Shown one piece after another: positions 29,734 through 39,010 of a DNA stretch of 64,000 bases. Position 1 is the stretch's first letter. Every line of letters begins with the position of its first letter. The DNA comes from Methanobacteriota archaeon (lineage in GTDB: Archaea; Thermoplasmatota; Poseidoniia; Poseidoniales; Thalassarchaeaceae): positions 2,083 to 66,082 of the forward strand of contig JAERSV010000004.1 of assembly GCA_016845345.1 (NCBI GenBank). Reading direction: 5' to 3'. The notes beneath the pieces were generated by a model. The model was given only the letters and a program-made list of their open reading frames with translations. It did no database searches and was not told the DNA's origin. The translations under genes were made by a program, and so were the position numbers.

Positions 29734-30607
29734 TTCGTTCAACCTTCTCGCCACTTGTCCAATCGTAGAATCCCCTTCCGGTTTTCTTTCCTAGATCACC
29801 TGCTGTTACAAGTTTCACGAGTAATGGGTGTGGGAGATACGATTCATCATCAAACGAATCTGCTAAATTGTTGAGAATATCACATCGGACATCCAATCCG
29901 ACAAGGTCAGTCAATTCCAGTGGACCCATTGGGTGCTTGTACCCCAATCTCATTGCTGTATCAATATCCGAGGCTGAGGCGACTCCATCAGCTAGCATCC
30001 TAATCGCCTCATTGCCGATTACAACTCCAAGCCTGCTGGTAGCAAATCCTGCAACATCGTTGACCAAAATGCTGGTTTTTCCCATCTTCTCTGCTACTTT
30101 CTGCGCGAACGCAATCGTCTCCTCTGATACCAAATCATGCTTCACGATTTCAAGTAATTTCATGATTGGAACCGGATTGAAGAAATGCATCCCAATGACT
30201 CTTTCTGGCTTCCCAGATGCTGACGCAATATCAGATATTGAAAGTGAGGATGTATTTGTTGCTAAGATGCAATCATCTTTTGTTTCTGATGCGAGAACCT
30301 GAAATATACTCGCTTTAATTTCGAGAATTTCGGGAACAGCCTCAATCACAAGGTCAACATCAGAAACGGCTTCTACCATGTCGTTAACAGCAGTCAAGTT
30401 CGCCTGCCATTCAGCCTTCTGTTCAGAAGTTGTTTTCCCACGAGCAATCCCCTTATCCCAAAATTCGTTTATTGCATTCATGCCACGTTCCAATCCTTCT
30501 GGAAAAGCATCAAAAAGGTTGGTTTGCCAACCGCTTTGTGCACATACTTGAGCGATACCAGCACCCATTGTTCCGGCACCAATTACGGCAACAGAGCGAA
30601 TCTCCAT
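29723..30607 (-). CDS. 3-hydroxyacyl-CoA dehydrogenase (PaaH/Hbd-like)
   Basis: GAGTMGAGIA, IEAVPE, TNTSS, GMHFFNP, HPMGPL and GKKTGRGFY. Confidence 0.95.
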   Translation of the reverse strand: MEIRSVAVIGAGTMGAGIAQVCAQSGWQTNLFDAFPEGLERGMNAINEFWDKGIARGKTTSEQKAEWQANLTAVNDMVEAVSDVDLVIEAVPEILEIKASIFQVLASETKDDCILATNTSSLSISDIASASGKPERVIGMHFFNPVPIMKLLEIVKHDLVSEETIAFAQKVAEKMGKTSILVNDVAGFATSRLGVVIGNEAIRMLADGVASASDIDTAMRLGYKHPMGPLELTDLVGLDVRCDILNNLADSFDDESYLPHPLLVKLVTAGDLGKKTGRGFYDWTSGEKVERNDA

Positions 30608-30656
30608 GTAAAAGCCGAGCCACCTCGCCGCCATTACAATTGCTGAAAAATTGTAA

Positions 30657-31229
30657 TCAGCCTTCACGTCCGTAAGCGGCTAAAGCCGCCTGAAACAATC
30701 TCTGCCGCGGCACATCATGTTCCAGGAAACAAGTAAATGGGGCTAATTCCTTTACTAGTTCAATACTAGAAATATAAGCCCCATAAACAAAGGCATCTAC
30801 GTTCTCAGATTCGGGAATTTCAAAACCCAGTTTTGCCAGTCCTTTTCTTGTATCATCATCCCAAATCGTGTAGGTGTGGTGCATGAAGTGTAGGTATCCG
30901 GATATTCTTTTCAAATCTGAACTAGCATCACTAGAGAGACTCTCGAGAAGAAGTGTGTCAGGGTAACGAATTGCGTACAACATGAGCATTACCTCACGGT
31001 TTACCTCTGTTCTCCAAGACCGGGTTTCATGGCCCATCCACTCATCAATCATATCCAACATGTGTTCGGTGTAAGGTCTGTAAACACGATACAATAATTC
31101 TTCATATCCCGCATCATTTTGAGACAAATGATGGTGGTGTGCTGCGAATAATTCAGGTACACGCTCGAAGAACGGTTTCAACCGTTGGCGATTTACATTT
31201 AGCAGGGCGAATGCCTGCATCTCATTCAC
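30657..31229 (-). CDS. Hypothetical protein coupled to boxB
   Basis: GTG 31229 or ATG 31220 directly after the boxB stop, with GAGGTG SD. Confidence 0.7.
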   Translation of the reverse strand: MNEMQAFALLNVNRQRLKPFFERVPELFAAHHHHLSQNDAGYEELLYRVYRPYTEHMLDMIDEWMGHETRSWRTEVNREVMLMLYAIRYPDTLLLESLSSDASSDLKRISGYLHFMHHTYTIWDDDTRKGLAKLGFEIPESENVDAFVYGAYISSIELVKELAPFTCFLEHDVPRQRLFQAALAAYGREG

Positions 31230-31230
31230 C

Positions 31231-32391
31231 TCAGTCCTTCCACTCGCGGTATTGAATCCACTCTTCTTTGAAGTATTCATCGAGTTGTGCTACATCTTCA
31301 TCGTTAGGTAACTGGTCGTGTAGATATTGCTCCCAAGCCGCGTCATCTCCCTCAAATGGTTCTCCATGTACGGTGGTTCTGATGTCGACAAACTTTCCAA
31401 CACTGCGATGGAACTTATCCGATGGGATGAATAATTTAGGTTGCCCTTCGTGACGACCCTTGTTGATTCTCTCCATCTCTTTTGCGAGTTCATCAAAGTA
31501 GTGCATTCTGCTCTCTTCATTTAGGTGCTCACGGTCCGCAGGAATCCCTGCCTCTCGTTCGTCATATCTACCTTTGATTCCGTAAACATAAGCCCACTGA
31601 GCAGATGTTGATTCGTCAACTCCAAACAAATCAAGTCCAGTTGAGACCCACTTGTTCATGTATTTTTGAAGTAGTGAAATCGGTATTACTCCCTGCTTTA
31701 CAATTCGGCGCAGTCCATTTGCGCCGGTGCCAAGATGGAATGATTCTTCTTTTAGCATCGGACCCATGCTTGCAGCAAGTGGTTTGAAGGAAGATGTACT
31801 CAACATTTTGAGTTGGAATTTTCCATCACGGTCAATGAAGTGAGTGAAGCAGAAGAAATCAAGCCAGTTGTCAATTGGTTCATTGAAAGAACCTAGTAGA
31901 CGAGGGCGGTCTGCTTCACCACGAATTGGATTTGCAGCAGAATTGCGCTCAAGCAATTTTTGTGCTTCACGAATCCCATGTTCTCCAAAATAGTTGCAAA
32001 GGACATAAGCCATTTGCCAACCATGTCGTTGTTCTTCACACATGATTCTGAGGGCTGACTTTCTATCGTACTCAGTTGGTGCGCTGTCAAGCAAATGCCA
32101 TTGCTGTTCAACACTACCAAACTCGGTGTCGCCTTGAACACTAATCATACTGATGATTGCATCACGAACACTTTGTTGTGGGATTTGCATCCTTCGTTCC
32201 CACTTTGGCATTCCTTTGAAATCTCCGAATTCAATTTCATCTCCAGCGCTGTCCCAGTCAAACTTGATATCGAATCTATAGTCACCTAGCCAAGAAGGGT
32301 CAAACCCAATTCGTGTCTGCCATTCTCCAAATTGCTCAACCCAAGCTTGGAAATTGGGTTCGTACTTCTCTACAACTTCTGTCTCACTCAT
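31231..32391 (-). CDS. boxB: Benzoyl-CoA 2,3-epoxidase oxygenase subunit (BoxB-like; PaaA/PaaC ferritin-like di-iron family)
   Basis: VQGDTE..SVEQQ, APTEYD, EEQRH, FTHFIDRDGKFQL, MLKEESFH and QKY.NKW....LDLFG match the BoxB pattern. Confidence 0.82.
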   Translation of the reverse strand: MSETEVVEKYEPNFQAWVEQFGEWQTRIGFDPSWLGDYRFDIKFDWDSAGDEIEFGDFKGMPKWERRMQIPQQSVRDAIISMISVQGDTEFGSVEQQWHLLDSAPTEYDRKSALRIMCEEQRHGWQMAYVLCNYFGEHGIREAQKLLERNSAANPIRGEADRPRLLGSFNEPIDNWLDFFCFTHFIDRDGKFQLKMLSTSSFKPLAASMGPMLKEESFHLGTGANGLRRIVKQGVIPISLLQKYMNKWVSTGLDLFGVDESTSAQWAYVYGIKGRYDEREAGIPADREHLNEESRMHYFDELAKEMERINKGRHEGQPKLFIPSDKFHRSVGKFVDIRTTVHGEPFEGDDAAWEQYLHDQLPNDEDVAQLDEYFKEEWIQYREWKD

Positions 32392-32453
32392 GGTTTTCGC
32401 CTCTCCCCATCCTTTTTAATTCATGCTCAAACTATCCTTTTGACAGATCATCC

Positions 32454-33176
32454 TCAATTTGTATCTTCTTTTGGACTTTGGTGTCTAATACTATCAGCGA
32501 ATTCTTCTATGATATGCTTCTCAATTAAATGAACCATTTCGCAAAGTGTGGACTTTGATATTTCCATTTTTTTTGCTAGATTTGTTAGCGTGATTCGCCT
32601 CGGTGTATCGTAATATCCTTCTAGGACAGCACGGTCAAAAACTTCTCTTTGGCGAACTGTTAACAGCCTTTTATTCGTTGTTTGTCCAAATCCAAGAATT
32701 CGGTGAGTAAATTCTTGGTCTTTCAATTGTTGGACTAATTTTTGTGCGTGTTCTTGGTCTACGATTAAATCCCACTCCACCCATCCATCACGTACTTCGA
32801 AAGGTGTTTTTGGAACTGCTTCTGCCTCCATTAGCGGTCGTAGGAATCCCCCTCCTCCTTTACCAATATGCAAAAGTGCTTCCACGGCTGAATCAAATTC
32901 TTCCATGAAGGTGAATTCTTCAATTGAATCAATCGAGTTCAATGTACTCCTTATTGCGGGTGTATCAATTCCAATTATTTCGGCCATGACATTTCCTCTG
33001 CCTTTGGGTAATGGCATGTGTTCTACCACTCGTAAAATTAAGTGGGGGTGAGAACGTGTGATGATAGCAGCCCAGTGGGTTTCTGGTAGCCTAATTTGAA
33101 TCAATAAACGTTGGGCTGACACAGTTCCTTGGTATTTTTCCTTCATTATTAAGACATCCCATTTCTTATTTTTCAT
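32454..33176 (-). CDS. Bat/HTH_10-family transcription regulator
   Basis: C-terminal LTVRQREV...A...GYYDTPRRITL..LA....ISKST; its start overlaps the upstream Reeler-domain gene. Confidence 0.9.
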   Translation of the reverse strand: MKNKKWDVLIMKEKYQGTVSAQRLLIQIRLPETHWAAIITRSHPHLILRVVEHMPLPKGRGNVMAEIIGIDTPAIRSTLNSIDSIEEFTFMEEFDSAVEALLHIGKGGGGFLRPLMEAEAVPKTPFEVRDGWVEWDLIVDQEHAQKLVQQLKDQEFTHRILGFGQTTNKRLLTVRQREVFDRAVLEGYYDTPRRITLTNLAKKMEISKSTLCEMVHLIEKHIIEEFADSIRHQSPKEDTN

Positions 33177-33858
33177 CCTCTAATCTTTGTAGTACTACGA
33201 TTGCAAGCATCACGACAAATCCGAATAACACATATGGCAAGCTATTATTTTCTTCTCCGCTGTCAGTCCGAAATCCAATCTTGTTATTTTGGCTCGGTGG
33301 TCCGTCAACAGTTATTGTGAATCCATTCCATAGGTCTTGCGTACTCGGGCTAGCATCTCCATCAACTGCATTCCCATAGGTGGTGAAGGTTACCGACCCT
33401 GCATCAGGCGAGGTCCAAGTAAAGTTCCATTCTCGAACATCGTTACCTGCTGTAGTATGGGTTAATTCACCGTTTTCTACTTGGGTAAACGAATCAACAG
33501 GTGTCAATTCTCCTGAACTAGATTTCAGATTGAATCCTCCTTGGTTCTGGCCAGAAAGTTCCCCACCTCCAAGAATTGAAAGTGTCAAGTTGTATGACTC
33601 ACCTGGCGAATAATTCCCTTCAGGAAGTCCGGATAAGGTAATAGTGATACTATCATCAGCTACGCCGCCGCCGTGGCAAATGCAGCCATTATTTACAGTT
33701 GAACCGCTAATCCCATCTGATTCGGCGACAACTCTCGAGCCAGCTAAAAGCGAAAAACACACTATAGTTACGATGGCAATTTTGATTTTCTGTCGGTGAA
33801 TGTTGATTCCCCTAAATGTACGGGGGAGGGCAATAATTGCATCCTTACCCCCGAACAT
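33166..33858 (-). CDS. Membrane-anchored Reeler/choice-of-anchor-V-like protein with CxCH motif
   Basis: Signal peptide, NGCICHG, GGFNL, LTHT, W.F.W.SP, GNAVDG and a C-terminal TM. Start uncertain (ATG 33858 lies inside the operator box). Confidence 0.8.
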   Translation of the reverse strand: MFGGKDAIIALPRTFRGINIHRQKIKIAIVTIVCFSLLAGSRVVAESDGISGSTVNNGCICHGGGVADDSITITLSGLPEGNYSPGESYNLTLSILGGGELSGQNQGGFNLKSSSGELTPVDSFTQVENGELTHTTAGNDVREWNFTWTSPDAGSVTFTTYGNAVDGDASPSTQDLWNGFTITVDGPPSQNNKIGFRTDSGEENNSLPYVLFGFVVMLAIVVLQRLEDEK

Positions 33859-33864
33859 ATTCGG
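33851..33864. promoter_or_regulatory. Palindromic operator box CCGAACATATTCGG
   Basis: One of six related boxes in 33.8-40.5 kb; lies upstream of the Reeler-HTH unit. Confidence 0.8.
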
Positions 33865-33875
33865 GACGAGGGGGG

Positions 33876-34334
33876 TTAACAATGTGAAATATTTCGTTCC
33901 ATTACTTCGGCTAAAATGCAATGATTCTGAACGACCATCCAACCATAATCATGAGCATCTGATAATATTTTTTTAGGAATCTCTACCGCCGGTTCTAACC
34001 AAATAGTGCGAATATCACCCCAGCGTTCAGTCCTTGATGACAAGTCACTTATCACATCATAAATCCACTCAGAATCTAGATGAACCACGACAATTTGCAA
34101 GTCATCATCCACATCTGAAACGGTTTTACAGACCTTCATGCCTAGTAATTCAATATTGTTCTCAGCCATATCTGGATTAATCGGAGTTACATGGAAGCCC
34201 CTTTGAATTAATCCTTTCATATCACCCAATGCGGCAGAGTTTCGATTGAAGTCATGAGCAATAATCGCCACTTGGTTGAATTTCAATGATTGAGTAATTG
34301 ATTCCTCAACATCATTCTTTCTTAATGCGTGCAT
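33876..34334 (-). CDS. CoA-binding domain protein (YccU-like)
   Basis: VAIIA, GFHVTPINP, IWLEP and VVQNHCI. Confidence 0.7.
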   Translation of the reverse strand: MHALRKNDVEESITQSLKFNQVAIIAHDFNRNSAALGDMKGLIQRGFHVTPINPDMAENNIELLGMKVCKTVSDVDDDLQIVVVHLDSEWIYDVISDLSSRTERWGDIRTIWLEPAVEIPKKILSDAHDYGWMVVQNHCILAEVMERNISHC

Positions 34335-34372
34335 GTATAAGCCCCCAAACACATTCCCTAATGCCTGCTTTC

Positions 34373-34386
34373 CCGTACATGTTCAT
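34373..34386. promoter_or_regulatory. Degenerate operator box CCGTACATGTTCAT
   Basis: 39 nt upstream of ATG 34334, matching the spacing of the other copies. Confidence 0.5.
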
Positions 34387-34461
34387 TTTTTCACTTTATT
34401 GTAAGAAATATCTTCTTTGTTGAGTGATTAATTATTTGATTTCAACATATGTATTTAGGAA

Positions 34462-36618
34462 TTATTGTTGAATGACTTCAGGGAGTTCATCAAAGTTATT
34501 TGGTGGCGGGGGTGATGAGGTTGACCATTCAAAAGTAGACCCACCCCAAGGATTATCTCCAGCATCTTTACCATGCTTCATACTTCGAATGAAATTCCAA
34601 AAGAATATTGCTTGGCCGAGGAAAACAACTAACGAACCAATTGTTGACCAAAAATGCTCGTTTGCCCATCCCGTTTCTGAGCCATATGAATAAATTCTAC
34701 GCGGCATATCCCACATCCCAAACAGTGGAATAAAAGTCAAGTTTATGCCTAAGAATGTAAGCCAGAAATGCCACCATCCGAGGGTTCTATCCAACATCTT
34801 TCCAAACATTTTAGGATACCAATAATAGATCCCTCCTAGAGTCATTACAGCAACTGAACCTAATGTGTAGTGAAAGTGAGCAACGATGTAGTATGTGCCT
34901 CGAAGTTGAACGTCCATAGCTACACTTGAGAGGTAAACTCCAGTAACTCCTCCAACGAGGAAAATTCCAATCGCACCCATTACAAAAGTTAAGGGTAATT
35001 TGTCAAACTGAGGTTTTGACTTGTAGAACGTGGCGAGTAGGCTCAGATAAATTAATCCAAATGGGACACTTACAAGTTCTGTTCCAATCGTTTCGAATTT
35101 TCTGAACGTAGGATTAATTCCTGTTATGAACATGTGGTGACCCCAAACTAGGACACTAATTATTGATGCTACTACTAATGCCCAAATTATAATCCTCCGG
35201 CCGTACAATGTTCTCTTCACAAATGTAGGTACAACTTCCATCGCCATTCCTAGCCCCGGCAATAGAACGATGTACACTTCAGGATGTCCAAAGAACCAGA
35301 AGATGTGGAGCCACCAAGTAGTTCCATCAATACTCGGGTCAAAGAAAAGAGTCCCAAATACTCTGTCTCCAACGAGCATTAACACTGCTCCGAGAAGCGC
35401 AGGGAATACTGCTAGCATGAGAATTACTGTAAATAGAATGTTCCAAGAGAACATAGGCATCTGCATCAATTTCATACTGGGTACTCGCATTTGTAAGATT
35501 GTGACCAAGAAATTGATTGTGCTCCCGCTCACTGAAAGAATGAGTAGCACTAATCCTGCGCCGGCTAATGAAATTCCAGCGCCAGGGCTGTATTCAAGAC
35601 TGGTCAGAGGGCTGTAAAAAGTCCAACCCGCATCAGCCGCTCCACCGAAGAAGAATCCTGATGCGGCCACTAGTCCACCTAGCAACATCGTCCAAAATGA
35701 GAATGCATTCAATCTCGGGAAAGCCATATCGCGGGCACCGATTTGCAATGGTACGATGTAATTTGCAAATGCGAATGACATTGGTGAGATAGCGAACAAT
35801 ACCATGACAGCACCGTGCATCGTAACCGCTTCATTGAATAATCCGCCCGTCAAGAATTCGTTATCGGGAACCATCAATTGCAATCGAATTAATACTGATA
35901 AAGCTAGGCCTATTACTGAGAATAGAATAGTTGCCCAAAGGTACAGTAGTCCGATATCCTTGTGATTACATGTTGTTAGCCAATGCATCAATTCCGTTTT
36001 CCCAAAATCGTTCTTCAAGACAAGGGCGAGAATTACCCCTCCGGCCACGGCTAGTATAGCGAAGATGATTATCCACCAAGCAATATTCCCGAAGTCCACT
36101 AGAGTCCCACCACTCGAGTTTACTCCTTGCACCGAATATTCTGCTGTATTCCATGAATCACCTGAAGATTCGTTATTTCCGTCTACCGAGTTTCCTAGAA
36201 TAGTGAATGTGACATCTGCTGTGTCTGTTTCCGGTGCCGTCCATTGTACTTGCCAACTGCGTAAATCATTCCCCAGAGTCGTATGAGTTAAGTCCCCATC
36301 ACTCAATAGTTGGACATTCTCATCGGTTGCAGATAAATTACCTATATTTGCAACGAGATTAAATCCGCCAATATTTTCGCCTGTGGCATCAGGGCCGCCA
36401 CTTATTGAAATCGAAATATTGTAAGTCTGCCCAGCCTTGAATTTATCTGGTAATCCTGTCAGAGTTACTGTCACATCAGCGTCAATCGCGCCATGGCAAA
36501 CACATCCGTTTTTGACAGTATTACCACCAATTCCTTCAGGTTCAGCTACCAGTGTAGGTGCGATGAGTATCATCATCAAAATCGCAATTATGATTCCCGA
36601 GTATTTTTTTTGCATCAA
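34462..36618 (-). CDS. coxA: Haem-copper oxidase subunit I with fused N-terminal Reeler/choice-of-anchor-V-like domain
   Basis: HKDIG, TMHG, DMAFPRLN, GWTFY, FWFFGHPEVY, VWGHHM, AHFHY and MPRR. The first ~200 aa are a signal peptide, a CxCH domain and an extra TM. Confidence 0.95.
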   Translation of the reverse strand: MMQKKYSGIIIAILMMILIAPTLVAEPEGIGGNTVKNGCVCHGAIDADVTVTLTGLPDKFKAGQTYNISISISGGPDATGENIGGFNLVANIGNLSATDENVQLLSDGDLTHTTLGNDLRSWQVQWTAPETDTADVTFTILGNSVDGNNESSGDSWNTAEYSVQGVNSSGGTLVDFGNIAWWIIIFAILAVAGGVILALVLKNDFGKTELMHWLTTCNHKDIGLLYLWATILFSVIGLALSVLIRLQLMVPDNEFLTGGLFNEAVTMHGAVMVLFAISPMSFAFANYIVPLQIGARDMAFPRLNAFSFWTMLLGGLVAASGFFFGGAADAGWTFYSPLTSLEYSPGAGISLAGAGLVLLILSVSGSTINFLVTILQMRVPSMKLMQMPMFSWNILFTVILMLAVFPALLGAVLMLVGDRVFGTLFFDPSIDGTTWWLHIFWFFGHPEVYIVLLPGLGMAMEVVPTFVKRTLYGRRIIIWALVVASIISVLVWGHHMFITGINPTFRKFETIGTELVSVPFGLIYLSLLATFYKSKPQFDKLPLTFVMGAIGIFLVGGVTGVYLSSVAMDVQLRGTYYIVAHFHYTLGSVAVMTLGGIYYWYPKMFGKMLDRTLGWWHFWLTFLGINLTFIPLFGMWDMPRRIYSYGSETGWANEHFWSTIGSLVVFLGQAIFFWNFIRSMKHGKDAGDNPWGGSTFEWSTSSPPPPNNFDELPEVIQQ

Positions 36619-37370
36619 TTAACACCTCCTGCAAGTTTTGCAGAATGCCAAGCATCAAAATCATCTTTTTGAACCACTTCTAACTCGCCAATCATATCGG
36701 CGTGGAATTCTCCACAGAGTTCGAAGCATCGAATAGGGTATTTTCCGGTTTCGTCTGCATTAATCCAGCCAGTATTTGTTCTGCCTGGAATCGCATCAAT
36801 TTTGATACGATGTTCTGGTAAAGCGAATGAGTGGAAGACGTCACCCGTAGTCACTTCTATGACTACAGGAACATCGACAGGAATTACTAATGCTTCTCCA
36901 GTTGCGCTCGAATAATTGATTCCGGAATCATATTCATATGTCCAGTAATATTGGTATCCCGTGACTTTGATCGTGAAAGATTCCTCAGTTGTGTGTTCAC
37001 CGTATTTCTCAAAAAAATCAATTGAATCAAATGTTACATCTGAAAGAACTAGTAAGAACAATGTAATTACGATTGAAATTGCCATTGCAACCTTGTTGTT
37101 CCCTCTCTCAATGGGAACTACACCCATTTCAGGTTGTTCTTCTGTCTCACCTTGAACTGATGTGGTGATAAGCCAAATAAAGTAAAGATATACCCCGCCG
37201 CCGATTAGAACCCCTAGACTCCAATATGTTGTGAAAAGGTGATTATATACTTCAGCGTGTGCACCAGTTCCCCCCAGCCCATTGAACCAGTTGAAGATAG
37301 CAGCGTAAGTCAACATCAAGAGAATTGTAACTCCTATAATTATACCAAATTGTTTCTTATCCGGAATCAT
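36615..37370 (-). CDS. coxB: Haem-copper oxidase subunit II (CuA)
   Basis: GYQYYW, DVFHSF, KIDAIPG and the CuA motif CFELCGEFHADM. Confidence 0.95.
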   Translation of the reverse strand: MIPDKKQFGIIIGVTILLMLTYAAIFNWFNGLGGTGAHAEVYNHLFTTYWSLGVLIGGGVYLYFIWLITTSVQGETEEQPEMGVVPIERGNNKVAMAISIVITLFLLVLSDVTFDSIDFFEKYGEHTTEESFTIKVTGYQYYWTYEYDSGINYSSATGEALVIPVDVPVVIEVTTGDVFHSFALPEHRIKIDAIPGRTNTGWINADETGKYPIRCFELCGEFHADMIGELEVVQKDDFDAWHSAKLAGGVN

Positions 37371-37371
37371 T

Positions 37372-38181
37372 TCAGATCACCTCAACATAGACAATTAAGT
37401 AAAGTAAAATCCAAACAGCATCAACAAAATGCCAGTACCAAGTGATTGCTTGGAAAGAATCGTGCCTCTCTTTCGTAAAATAACCGTGAGAAATTAGTTG
37501 GTGAGCGACTACAAAACAGATTATCCCTACTAGAACGTGAAAGCCATGTAATCCTGTGAGAGCAAAGAAAGCCGTTCCATAGGCGTGGTCTCCCCAGAGG
37601 AATCCGGCGTGAGTGTATTCATAGAGTTGAATTCCTAAGAAACTCAATCCCAATAAAATTGTTGTTCGAAGTAATGTTTTACTCTGTTTCACATTTCCCT
37701 CTTTGAGTGAATGAAGTGCTTTATGGCCTGTAAATCCGGATGCTAAGAGGATGACAGTGTTAAATGTTACAAGTGTCATGTCATGACTGACTCCACTCGC
37801 TGGCCAAGACCCTCCCACTGCATTTTCCCAATTTATTGTGTGCCACTTTGCCCAAAACCAGAAGGCGAAGAAACTCGCGAAAACAATTGTTTCAGTAACG
37901 ATTATCCAAATCATCGCCCAACTTGCGTGCCCCCATTCCCCTGTTGAAAGGGTTGGGCGGAAAGTCCAAAGTGCAATATCCTCCTTCACCCAAGAGAAAA
38001 TCGCGTGCACGGTCAGAGCTAAACCGATAATCAAAAATGGCCAAACCAAAAGACCCGCGAGGGTTAATGCAATTCCGAGGGATAACTCCAACGGAAATAT
38101 GCTGTTGTGGACTTCTCCTAAATCGTGATTCAATCCTGAAATTGTCTTCTCGCCCTCTGCATCTGCTACTGTAGCCCCCAT
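37372..38181 (-). CDS. coxC: Haem-copper oxidase subunit III
   Basis: TETIVFASFF, NTVILLASG, FFALTGLHGFHV and YWHFVD; start MGAT at 38181 with GAAGGTGA SD. Confidence 0.93.
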   Translation of the reverse strand: MGATVADAEGEKTISGLNHDLGEVHNSIFPLELSLGIALTLAGLLVWPFLIIGLALTVHAIFSWVKEDIALWTFRPTLSTGEWGHASWAMIWIIVTETIVFASFFAFWFWAKWHTINWENAVGGSWPASGVSHDMTLVTFNTVILLASGFTGHKALHSLKEGNVKQSKTLLRTTILLGLSFLGIQLYEYTHAGFLWGDHAYGTAFFALTGLHGFHVLVGIICFVVAHQLISHGYFTKERHDSFQAITWYWHFVDAVWILLYLIVYVEVI

Positions 38182-38230
38182 CTTCTCACCTTCATGTTCT
38201 GCGAAGTGTGATTGTGGATTGAGGCGTATC

Positions 38231-38244
38231 CCGAACATGTTGGG
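38231..38244. promoter_or_regulatory. Operator box CCGAACATGTTGGG upstream of coxCBA
   Basis: 50 nt upstream of the coxC start. Confidence 0.75.
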
Positions 38245-38335
38245 AAATTTCCTACACTTGTGTCGAAGATACTGAGTGATTAGTTGGTGTCATAGTTGGG
38301 TAGTCAAATGCAAGGTTTTGTGTCGGGACAAAACT

Positions 38336-38349
38336 CCGAATATGTTCGG
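38336..38349. promoter_or_regulatory. Operator box CCGAATATGTTCGG upstream of the divergent 38392 gene
   Basis: 43 nt upstream of ATG 38392. Confidence 0.8.
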
Positions 38350-38391
38350 TGGTATCTGAATAAACGTCGACCATTTCGATAGGTTTAGTAG

Positions 38392-39000
38392 ATGAATTTG
38401 AAACCAGAGTTGATGTTGCCAGTCATCGTAATCGCGCTCGCCTTTGTATTGGCGATATCTCCAAATATTTTTCTTGAAGGTCAAAATGATTCGGTATCTA
38501 GTATAACGCGCGAAGACATTACAACCGCTCAACTCAATGCGATTGTAGATTTATCTCCTGCCACAATGCCTAGTGATGTGGCAAATGGGGCGACCGCAAT
38601 TAGAGATATTAGTCAAGCCGAATCGGGCGAACTAATTATTAGTGGTTCTTTTGAAGACGAAGTAGAGTTTGGCGATTTCAAATTAATTTCAAAAGGCTCG
38701 CGAGATATCTACATTGGACTACTTGGGATTGATGGCAATTGGTCCTGGATAATATCGGGCGGTGGAGTTGGGTTTGATGATGTTGTGGATATTGAATTAG
38801 GGGACAATAGCATTCAAGTCGTTGGGTGGGGTCACGGCAATCTTTCTTTTGGAGATAGAGAAGTTAGAATGCTCTCAAAGTATGGAAAAGATGCCTGGCA
38901 GACAGATATTTCTCTAACTGGAGAATTGAATGCAGCGTGGCGTATTGACCCAATATTACTTCCTCAAATGGGGTCTTCCCTTTGGTGCGGTTTCCGCTAA
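38392..39000 (+). CDS. Secreted/membrane-anchored hypothetical protein with beta-propeller-like repeats
   Basis: N-terminal TM; G.F...V.FG...L.S.G.RDIY...GNW.W....GG repeat; ends LWCGFR. Confidence 0.7.
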   Translation: MNLKPELMLPVIVIALAFVLAISPNIFLEGQNDSVSSITREDITTAQLNAIVDLSPATMPSDVANGATAIRDISQAESGELIISGSFEDEVEFGDFKLISKGSRDIYIGLLGIDGNWSWIISGGGVGFDDVVDIELGDNSIQVVGWGHGNLSFGDREVRMLSKYGKDAWQTDISLTGELNAAWRIDPILLPQMGSSLWCGFR

Positions 39001-39010
39001 TTAATTATCA

